Positions 36,497 through 44,489 of a DNA stretch of 64,000 bases are shown here, in pieces. The number at the start of each line of letters is the position of its first letter. The stretch's first letter is position 1. The position numbers were made by a program, and so were the translations under genes. The stretch is from Candidatus Babeliales bacterium. GTDB lineage: Bacteria > Babelota > Babeliae > Babelales > JBFXEV01. The DNA lies in NCBI GenBank assembly GCA_963716425.1, contig OY970310.1:1539577-1603576 (forward strand), in the 5' to 3' direction. The notes beneath the pieces are model-generated. The model ran no database searches and had not been told where the DNA came from. It saw only the letters and a program-made list of their open reading frames with translations.

Positions 36497-38659
36497 GTGA
36501 ATAATCTAAGACAATTTTTAAAAGCAATAGTAGTGTGTAGTATCGTTTTCAGTTCACTAGAACTTTGTGCACGTGATGAAAACAAATCATGTTTATCTAA
36601 TCACTGTCAGAAGCCTGAAAAGAAAAAAAGAACCTGTGCACCAACTCCAATATCCCATGCAACTACTATTACAAAATCAGGCTCTTACTGCTTAACTCGC
36701 AATATAGAAGGCACCATTGTAATCGCGGCAGATGATGTTCGCCTTGATCTTAATGGTCATGAAGTCGATGCTGAAGGTAATCCCTATGCGATCTCTATTA
36801 TAGATGTAAAAGATGTAGCAGTATTTAATGGTTCTGTTTCAGGTTCTACTGTTGCAGGTATTTTTGTAGATCCAAGTATTTCAATAAAGCTCTTTGATTT
36901 GTTTATGCATGATCACGTGCTTAATGCAATTCAGATGGCAAACACTACCGATGTAGATGTGCATAATGTGGATTTTGCAGGCGATAATGGTGAGCGCGCA
37001 ATTCTCTTTGATACGTGCAATAACATCTCCGTGAGTAATTGTAACATGTCTGGGTTCTTGAGCACGCTGGGTGCTGTGCTTGAACTTAATACGTGTAACA
37101 GTGCAATTGTATCAGATGTGAATGTTTTTAATTGTACAAAGACAAGTGAAGCTGGTGCTTATTTCTTTACGGCGCCGACTGCGTTTGTGTTTGTGGGCGG
37201 TCAAGGTATTCCGGCGGTTGAAACTATTACAGGTTGCACTGGAGTAGATTTGGTACGAGTTAAAGTAAATAACAATATTATCAATAATACCAATCCAGCA
37301 ACTGATCCTGATAATGTCGGTGTTAATTGGCGAACTGCCGAAGCGATTCTCTGTATCTTTTCAAGTGATTGTACACTCACTGACTGCCAAACAAGTAATA
37401 ATAATGATATCGCTGGCTCTTCAGCTACTATGGATACAGAAGATTATGTTATCTGTTGTTTGTTCTGTGACAGCTTTTTAATTAATAACCATCAATCAAA
37501 TGATAATAGTTGTGCAGAACCAATAGCTTATTTTGCACCAATTGCTGCATTTGATTCTAACAGCATGGTGCTTGATGGGTGCCAAGCAAATAATAATATT
37601 GTGGGTGAACTAATTGTAGCTCCTTTTATTAGTGAAATGACGGGGATCTGGATTGAGGTATATTTTGATTTTGCGTCAATTCATGATACGGTAGTCCGCA
37701 ATTGCCAGGCAAACTTTAATCAAGTTATTGCTGGTGGTGCAGGCAGAACTGGCTTTTTTCAAACAGGATTCCTTTTTGGTATTATCACTGGAGGACCTAA
37801 TTGTATCATGGATAATTGCCAAGCCAATCATAATAGCATGGGCGATGCAAATCCGCATACATCAGTCATAGGAATATTATCTGAATCCGCTTCAAATTCA
37901 TCTTTCTCCAATTCATCAGCAAACTACAATACTGGTGGGTTCCAAGCAATGGGCTTTGATTTGCATATAACAAATATAGCTACTACGGGAGCCGGTCAAA
38001 AGTTATTAAACTGTACGGCCAGCTCTAACGGTAATTTTGGTATCTCAATTGGTTATTTTGAGGATCTTGATCAAACGAATGCAGATATTGCAATTATTGA
38101 TTGTGTATGTAATCAAAACGGCGGCGGAACTGGAACGGTTGCGGGTATTTATACAGTTCCAGTCGTAGGTGGTACAAGAAATCTGCTCATTAAGGGATGC
38201 CAAATCTTTGATACGGTAAGTTCATCAACATTTACTACAGATACTGTTTCAGGTATTGATATTCGCAATACTTCTAATGCATTAGTACAAAATTGCCAGA
38301 TATATAATACGTCTGGGCCAAACGGTGCATTTGCGTATGGTATAAGCATTCTTGATTCTGTGCAATGCGTTATTGAAGGATGTGAAGCGAATCAATCAAA
38401 TTCGAATAATAACTATGGTCAAGGGTTTGTGTTGCGTGGTTCTACAACTAATAGTAAGGTGCAAGATTGCTCGGCTATAGGAAATACAAACGACGGATTT
38501 GCTGATTTCTTTGAACAGAATTCATGGTTTGGTAATACTGCAGAAGCAAATAACCCTAACTATTCTGGCGTTAAAAATACACCAGTTGTGTATAGTAGGG
38601 GCACTGGCATGTTTAGTTCTACACCAAATCGTTGGTCGAATATTGACATACAACCATAA
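36497..38659 (+). CDS. secreted right-handed parallel beta-helix repeat protein
   Basis: GTG start and leader. About 11 repeats carry a conserved Cys, for example NCNMSG, DCQTSNNN, GCQANNN, NCQANFN, NCQANHN, NCTASSN, DCVCNQN, GCQIFD, NCQIYN, GCEANQS and DCSAIGN. Confidence 0.6.
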   Translation: MNNLRQFLKAIVVCSIVFSSLELCARDENKSCLSNHCQKPEKKKRTCAPTPISHATTITKSGSYCLTRNIEGTIVIAADDVRLDLNGHEVDAEGNPYAISIIDVKDVAVFNGSVSGSTVAGIFVDPSISIKLFDLFMHDHVLNAIQMANTTDVDVHNVDFAGDNGERAILFDTCNNISVSNCNMSGFLSTLGAVLELNTCNSAIVSDVNVFNCTKTSEAGAYFFTAPTAFVFVGGQGIPAVETITGCTGVDLVRVKVNNNIINNTNPATDPDNVGVNWRTAEAILCIFSSDCTLTDCQTSNNNDIAGSSATMDTEDYVICCLFCDSFLINNHQSNDNSCAEPIAYFAPIAAFDSNSMVLDGCQANNNIVGELIVAPFISEMTGIWIEVYFDFASIHDTVVRNCQANFNQVIAGGAGRTGFFQTGFLFGIITGGPNCIMDNCQANHNSMGDANPHTSVIGILSESASNSSFSNSSANYNTGGFQAMGFDLHITNIATTGAGQKLLNCTASSNGNFGISIGYFEDLDQTNADIAIIDCVCNQNGGGTGTVAGIYTVPVVGGTRNLLIKGCQIFDTVSSSTFTTDTVSGIDIRNTSNALVQNCQIYNTSGPNGAFAYGISILDSVQCVIEGCEANQSNSNNNYGQGFVLRGSTTNSKVQDCSAIGNTNDGFADFFEQNSWFGNTAEANNPNYSGVKNTPVVYSRGTGMFSSTPNRWSNIDIQP

Positions 38660-38697
38660 TTGTTTTGAAACCGAGGGGGTGCTGCGTGCACTCCTCT

Positions 38698-38780
38698 CTA
38701 AAATCCACCCATTTTGTTATATATCCAATCCGGCATAATCGCCAGCAACAATCCAATTATCTTCCAGTGGCGGGTACCAT
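38698..38780 (-). pseudogene. remnant of the 3' end of a second SDR gene copy
   Basis: About 80 bp differ at roughly four positions from 39817..39897, the 3' end of the SDR gene. It would encode ...WKIIGLLLAIMPDWIYNKMGGF*. Confidence 0.6.
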
Positions 38781-38916
38781 ACCATCCGGGCCCTCTATTC
38801 CCATCCCATAACTATTGCTAAATGTATTCTTATTGTATTAATATTATTATCGGAAGGTATATTGTGCCATATGTAACTTTTTATGGTATATACTAATTCA
38901 TAATAAAGGAATTACT

Positions 38917-39687
38917 ATGAATAAAAAATATTTAGTAGCTTTAGTTTGTATATGTCTCTTTATGATGTCAGCCGTGATTGATGCAATGGAATCAGTAAAA
39001 ACAGCTGACGAGCTTGGCTTAACCCCACATAAATCGAATCAAATATATCTAGCAATAATTAAGGACAATGACGAATGGCTAAGAGAGTTGCTCAATGAAT
39101 CTCCTGCAATTCTTAAGATGAAATTTGGTCCTCAGCATGAGAATGTAACGCCGCTCCAATTGGCTTTGTTCAATGGAAAAATAAAAGCTGCGAAGTTATT
39201 GCTCGAAAAAGGTGCTGATAGAAGTATGCCGGGTAGTTCTCTCTTGGTGCAAACTGCAGCTTTTAATCAAGTGCCTAGTATGCAGTTGCTTGTAGAGAAT
39301 GGTTTTGATCTAAATGAAAAGATTTCTGATCAAACTCCATTGCTGGTCGCAATAGCAAAGAATGCAGTTGAGGCAACTGACTTCTTGCTTGAACATGGTG
39401 CGAAAACTGATCCAATTACGATTGGTATAGCAACAATGCCTTTATTGCATTTAGCAGTATATTTTGGTGCTGAAGGTGCTGTGAAATTATTAGTTGAAAA
39501 ATATAAATATGAGGTGAATGCTAAAATATTTGTTAACAATCGGCCAGTTTCACCTAATGATTTGGCGGTTATGGGAGCTCACTGGCGTATTGCTCAATAC
39601 TTAAAAGAGCATGGAGCCGATACCAAAAGCCATTATCATTTTATGAACATGATAGTAGCAGAAGACCCTCATATTAGCAGAAAGTAG
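38917..39687 (+). CDS. secreted ankyrin-repeat protein
   Basis: Leader MNKKYLVALVCICLFMMSAVIDAME; ANK units (TPLQLALFNGKIKAAKLLLEKGAD, TPLLVAIAKNAVEATDFLLEHGA). Confidence 0.75.
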   Translation: MNKKYLVALVCICLFMMSAVIDAMESVKTADELGLTPHKSNQIYLAIIKDNDEWLRELLNESPAILKMKFGPQHENVTPLQLALFNGKIKAAKLLLEKGADRSMPGSSLLVQTAAFNQVPSMQLLVENGFDLNEKISDQTPLLVAIAKNAVEATDFLLEHGAKTDPITIGIATMPLLHLAVYFGAEGAVKLLVEKYKYEVNAKIFVNNRPVSPNDLAVMGAHWRIAQYLKEHGADTKSHYHFMNMIVAEDPHISRK

Positions 39688-39757
39688 TAAGCAGATTTAT
39701 TGGGATTGAGCAATTAGTCTCGAGTTTAAAACACATCTTTTTTAGTTAGAAATTATT

Positions 39758-39799
39758 AGAGTCACTATCAGTTTTTTGAGAGTGACTCTATTTTATTTC
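39758..39799 (+). terminator. rho-independent terminator after the ankyrin gene
   Basis: agagtcact / agtgactct followed by attttattt. Confidence 0.55.
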
Positions 39800-39816
39800 T
39801 AAATAAAACGGTGTAA

Positions 39817-40638
39817 TTAAAATCCACCCATTTTGTTATATATCCAATCAGGCATAATCGCAAGCAACAATCCAATTATCTTCCAGCGGCGGGTGACATA
39901 TGCAACTTTATCTTTATTATTTATTGATTCTACAATTTGTGGTGCAATTACATCTGGGGTTGAAACCCAATATGCCTCTGGTCCCATTTCAAATGAGGTT
40001 TGCACCCAGCCTGGGCGAATTTCAGTCACATATATTGGCGTATTTGTTTGTATGAATTTATTACGTAAACCTTCAAGATAAATTGACATAAAGCTTTTGC
40101 ATGCACAGTACATAGGAAATCCTGCACTGCCACGTGCTGCATCCACTGAAGATATGCCTACTACATGCCCATAGCCTTGTTTGTTAAACTGCTCAAGCAT
40201 AATATCAGTAAGTCCTACAAAACCTGCAACATTTACGGTGGCCATTCGCTCTAAACATGGCCATGAAATTTCACCATCTTCCTTAAAATCTTGAGGCGCT
40301 TTTGCCCAAGTTGCTGAGTTAAAGACAAAAACGTCAACCGTGCCTAATTTTGTAATTAAATCAGCAAGGCTTGTACGCGATTCTTCCACTTGTTCAACAT
40401 CCATATATTGGGTGATGATATTATCTGGTGATGCTTGTTGTAGTTCTTCCAGTAAGTTCATGCGTCTACCAGTCACCCCAACAACATAACCATTTTTGAC
40501 TAGTTCCAGTGCAATGGCTCTGCCAATTCCTGATGAGGCACCAATAACAATTCCTTTTTTTTGTTCAGCTTCCATTGCGAATAAAGATGAGTAGATAAAG
40601 AATAGAGTGAAAAGTACAAAAAAGTTTTTGGTATTCAT
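39817..40638 (-). CDS. short-chain dehydrogenase/reductase with an N-terminal leader or anchor
   Basis: ATG at 40638 with an AGGAGG RBS; MNTKNFFVLFTLFFIYSSLFAME then GASSGIGRAIA (TGxxxGxG) and YCACK (YxxxK). Confidence 0.8.
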   Translation of the reverse strand: MNTKNFFVLFTLFFIYSSLFAMEAEQKKGIVIGASSGIGRAIALELVKNGYVVGVTGRRMNLLEELQQASPDNIITQYMDVEQVEESRTSLADLITKLGTVDVFVFNSATWAKAPQDFKEDGEISWPCLERMATVNVAGFVGLTDIMLEQFNKQGYGHVVGISSVDAARGSAGFPMYCACKSFMSIYLEGLRNKFIQTNTPIYVTEIRPGWVQTSFEMGPEAYWVSTPDVIAPQIVESINNKDKVAYVTRRWKIIGLLLAIMPDWIYNKMGGF

Positions 40639-41094
40639 GATAACCTCCTGTTTTGAATATCTCATTAAGTTTATTGTTGCATAGTAGATGAATAGAAAGC
40701 AAGAAAGTAGTAATTGATAGGTAGTTTTTATTTGATATGTAGAAGTTCGTCCTTTCATATACCAACGATAATCGCTGGACCCTTATGCAGGGCGGCACGT
40801 ACTCTTTTGTGTTTTACAAAAGAGTACGCAGAAAAACAAAATCAGGGGCATGCTATCCCCTGATAACCCCCATACCTTATCAACCAGATTATTATCTCAA
40901 CTGGGTTAACTCTAGCCGTCGCATATCTTTGCTTTCTATGCATACTTCTGTGGGGTTGGATGGATATCAACTGGCTTACAACTTTACCGGCTGCGAAAGA
41001 ATATATTCTAATTGCTGCTTAAATTGGTATGCTATTTACTGTCGGATTATAAAAAATAGTCGCACAGTAACGAATTAAGAAGTAGGAGATTTAT

Positions 41095-41646
41095 ATGAAA
41101 AGAATTATTTTTGCATCCCTTTTGATGTTTTATGCTACAGAAGCTTTTGCAATGGAACAAGAAGTATTTAAACATCTTGATCATCCTTGCCTGCCGCAAT
41201 CATTCTATGAACTAACCTATGCTAAAGTTTTAGCAGATGATCAACCCAAAGAAGCATTAAAAACATTTGCAGCATCTCAATTACAAAAATTGGCTACTAT
41301 GTACCAAGCAAACACCATGGCTCAGGATCGTGGAGAATTGGCAACAACGCGATATGCCCTTTATCATACTTCACAAGAAACAACCAAAGAGCTTATGGTA
41401 GTCCAGATATATGGCAAATTGGTAGCAGAAATGGCCATGCATGCTTTCAGAAGATCGTTGGGTGTTACCATGGGCTTGGGTAGCATGAGTGATGAAGAGA
41501 AGAGAACGCTCAGACAAGTATCACATGAAGAATTTAGGAAACTTGTAGTGGAAAAGTATAGCGAAGATGATTTTGAGCGTGTTGAACATGTAGAGCAAAT
41601 GCACGCGCATAGAATGTTACTTGATTTACTTGAAAAGAAAAAATAA
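41095..41646 (+). CDS. secreted hypothetical protein
   Basis: AGGAG RBS and leader MKRIIFASLLMFYATEAFAME; no family recognised. Confidence 0.5.
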   Translation: MKRIIFASLLMFYATEAFAMEQEVFKHLDHPCLPQSFYELTYAKVLADDQPKEALKTFAASQLQKLATMYQANTMAQDRGELATTRYALYHTSQETTKELMVVQIYGKLVAEMAMHAFRRSLGVTMGLGSMSDEEKRTLRQVSHEEFRKLVVEKYSEDDFERVEHVEQMHAHRMLLDLLEKKK

Positions 41647-41651
41647 TAATT

Positions 41652-42266
41652 ATGTCACATATTTTATATCTCGGTTCAACGTCTGCATCCCGCCAGCAAC
41701 TTCTGAAAGAAGCGCATATTCCTTTCACCTTAGTATCGCAATCTGCTGATGAATCAAAATGTGATTGGAATTTACATTGGCAAGAAGTGATAGAAAAAAT
41801 AGCACTCTATAAAATGGAGCATGTAATTTTGCCAGAAGACGCAAAAGAGCAAAAGCAATGCTTTGTGCTTACAGCAGATACCATGGGTATTGATATCGAT
41901 GGTGTGGTGCATGGCAAGCCAAAAGACAAACAAGATGCTATTAACAAAATAAAAGCCTTGCGGCGGGGTGGTGAATATGGCACAGCCTTTTGCCTTGATC
42001 GTAAGGTGTATAAAAATGGCGTTTGGGCGATTGATGAGCGTATTACGGAATTTGTAAGTTCTACATATGAATTTGATATGCCCGATGCATGGATAGAGAA
42101 ATATTTTGAGGTAGTGCCAAATTACTTAAAAGTTGCTGGCGCCATCACCATTGAAGGATATGGCGCACAGTTTTTAAAGTCTATTAATGGGTCGTACACT
42201 ACCGTGCTCGGACTACCTATGTTTGAGGTACGCGAAGCACTTGAAAAATTAGGTTTCTTTAATTAG
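41652..42266 (+). CDS. maf: Maf-like nucleoside triphosphate pyrophosphatase
   Basis: LYLGSTSASRQQLL...TADTM...GKPKD...A...GAITIEG; typical Maf layout. Confidence 0.75.
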   Translation: MSHILYLGSTSASRQQLLKEAHIPFTLVSQSADESKCDWNLHWQEVIEKIALYKMEHVILPEDAKEQKQCFVLTADTMGIDIDGVVHGKPKDKQDAINKIKALRRGGEYGTAFCLDRKVYKNGVWAIDERITEFVSSTYEFDMPDAWIEKYFEVVPNYLKVAGAITIEGYGAQFLKSINGSYTTVLGLPMFEVREALEKLGFFN

Positions 42267-42723
42267 TCAGTGTTTGTTCGTCCGGTTCCCATTGTTTTAA
42301 CAACTCTTTATACAATACATCTTTTGCATTATGCTCCGGATGCTCATCAAGATGCGCAGTAGCTTCATCAATGCTTGATTGTATCGTGCCCGTATCACAG
42401 GCAGTTGAGTCAATTTGATTAAGTGATGGCATCAAGTTCTTTTGTAATGCTTTGTTTACCGATTCTACTTCCAGTGCTTCATACAGTAGCACATCAAGCA
42501 CAGCAAAGAAATCTACAATGCTTTGTTGCAGTTCCTCATCATGTGCAAAGTATGCATGCTCCTTTTGCATTCGATCAGATGCTTGTTTGCGCCTGACCGC
42601 TTCTTGTAAAAATACCTTTAAGGTTTCTTGGTCTTGTTCAATTAACCATTGTAGTAAGTACAGTAGTTCGTACGACAAGGTCAATTGTTCTGCTTGTGTG
42701 TCAAAAGGATCGTTGCCAGGCAT
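42259..42723 (-). CDS. hypothetical acidic protein
   Basis: 154 aa ORF convergent with maf (8 nt overlap); no family recognised. Confidence 0.4.
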   Translation of the reverse strand: MPGNDPFDTQAEQLTLSYELLYLLQWLIEQDQETLKVFLQEAVRRKQASDRMQKEHAYFAHDEELQQSIVDFFAVLDVLLYEALEVESVNKALQKNLMPSLNQIDSTACDTGTIQSSIDEATAHLDEHPEHNAKDVLYKELLKQWEPDEQTLTN

Positions 42724-42791
42724 AGGAATCCCTCCCCTCTGTTTGGCCGGTATACTATTACAGTATAAGTGTATACTGTTTTATGGAGTAA

Positions 42792-43667
42792 TTAAAATCT
42801 TTTTTGTGCCATTGCTTGCAAACGCTTGATTCTCTGGGCCATTGGCGGGTGTGTTGAGAACAATGCCATGATGCTTTCACCCAAAAATGGGTTGACTATA
42901 AATAGGCTTGCAGTGCTTGCTTTTGCAGCATCATTTTTATCTAAATGCGCAGAGGCAATGTTCTTTTCAAGCTTTTCTAATGCAGAAGCAAGAGCTAATG
43001 GTTCATGCGTGGTCTCTGCTCCAGATTCATCAGCCATATATTCACGTGAGCGCGAAATGGCAAGCTGCATAAGTGAGGCTGCAATAGGCATAAGAATCAT
43101 GGCTACAAGCATGCCAAGAAAGCCACTTTGGTTTTTATCACCACTTTGCGAATCTTGGGTTCTTCTAAAACTGGTGAATCGCATCATCTGGGCAACATAA
43201 CCAATGGTACTAGCAAGAGTGGCTGCAATAGTGCTTACCAAGATGTCTCTGTTTACAACATGAGAAAGCTCATGAGCAAGTACGCCGCGCAATTCATCCT
43301 CATTAAGAATGTTTAATATGCCACTTGTCACTGCAACAGAAGCATTTTTGGGGTTTCGCCCGGTCGCAAAAGCATTTGCCATAGGAGTATCAACCAACCA
43401 AAGCTTGGGCATAGGGATGTTCATTGAGTGTGCAAGCTCGCCTACCATTTGATAGATATTTGCATACTTATGCTCATCAAGTTTTTTGGCACCATACATG
43501 CTCAATACGATTTTATCTGAAAAGAAATAGGTAACGCCATTGATCACTAATGATAGAATAAATGCCAGCATGATGCCGTCCCTGCCACCAATAAGGTTGC
43601 CTAGGAACATGAGCATGGCACTTAAACTGGCCAGCAAGATTACCGTTTTAAATTGATTTAACCACAT
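42792..43667 (-). CDS. htpX: zinc metalloprotease HtpX (M48)
   Basis: N-terminal TM helices, NAFATG and HELSHVVNRD (HExxH). Confidence 0.85.
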   Translation of the reverse strand: MWLNQFKTVILLASLSAMLMFLGNLIGGRDGIMLAFILSLVINGVTYFFSDKIVLSMYGAKKLDEHKYANIYQMVGELAHSMNIPMPKLWLVDTPMANAFATGRNPKNASVAVTSGILNILNEDELRGVLAHELSHVVNRDILVSTIAATLASTIGYVAQMMRFTSFRRTQDSQSGDKNQSGFLGMLVAMILMPIAASLMQLAISRSREYMADESGAETTHEPLALASALEKLEKNIASAHLDKNDAAKASTASLFIVNPFLGESIMALFSTHPPMAQRIKRLQAMAQKRF

Positions 43668-43685
43668 AATTTTACTCCTATTATC

Positions 43686-43755
43686 GCACCGCTTTCCCTG
43701 AGTATTTTACAAAGCGATAGCCAAGTAAAATGTATCGAAGGGTCCTGAGCGGTTT
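43686..43755. repeat. degenerate REP-like repeat copy
   Basis: ccgctttccctgagt...atcgaagggtcctgagcgg, lying between the regulator gene and htpX. Confidence 0.4.
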
Positions 43756-43756
43756 A

Positions 43757-44218
43757 CTACTCTTCGTACTCTACTTTCCATTCCTGTGTATCAATTTCTA
43801 TATCAATAGGCTCTGGTGCAGTTTCCTGAGGTTTTTTTGGCTTCTTGATAGCAATGTGCTTCATCTCCATTAACTGTTTGGCTGTTGTAGTTGCAATTTT
43901 TTTTGAAATACCACTTTCTTGTTCAAGCTCTTCATGAGTGGCATCCAAAATCTTATTCATTTGTTTTTGGAGTTTTTTGACTTTATCCTGGAGTTTCAGA
44001 ACCATTTCCACCCCTGCAAGGTTAATGCCAAGCTGGTGGGTCAAATAGATGATTTGCTCTAGTTGATTAATGTCTTCTTCAGAGAAAAGGCGGGTATTAC
44101 CATCTGAACGTTTTGGGGTAATGAGGCCCTCTTTTTCATAGAGTCTAATAGTTTGCTGATGCACTGAGAACATTTGTGCAACTGCGGATATTGAAAAAAA
44201 GCCCTTTTTCCGGCGCAT
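43757..44218 (-). CDS. MerR-family transcriptional regulator (HspR-like)
   Basis: FSISAVAQMFSVHQQTIRLYEKEGLITPKRSDGNTRLFSEEDI HTH region, followed by a coiled coil. It lies directly upstream of htpX. Confidence 0.75.
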   Translation of the reverse strand: MRRKKGFFSISAVAQMFSVHQQTIRLYEKEGLITPKRSDGNTRLFSEEDINQLEQIIYLTHQLGINLAGVEMVLKLQDKVKKLQKQMNKILDATHEELEQESGISKKIATTTAKQLMEMKHIAIKKPKKPQETAPEPIDIEIDTQEWKVEYEE

Positions 44219-44246
44219 GCTCTGCTCCTCCTGCCATAAATTATCC

Positions 44247-44365
44247 GACCGCTCGCCCTTCCCTCGATACTAATTGCTTCGCAATTCACTCGGGATGAGC
44301 GGTGTATCGACGTAGCCCGGCGTAGCCTTGGCGTAGACGGGAGGGTCTCGGGCGGAGCCTCATGA
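44247..44365 (-). repeat. GC-rich REP-like dispersed repeat copy (composite)
   Basis: cactcgggatgagcgg and gtagccttggcgtagacggg cores; both blocks are also present at 14109-14170. Confidence 0.6.
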
Positions 44366-44489
44366 TACGTTGATAGTATCAATATAGCATATTTCTTATT
44401 AATTTTTAATAAAAAGTATTGATTTTACTGTATTCAGTTCTGTACTCTAAGGGTAGTTAAAGATTTTTATTCTAAAATAGGGGCTTCCC

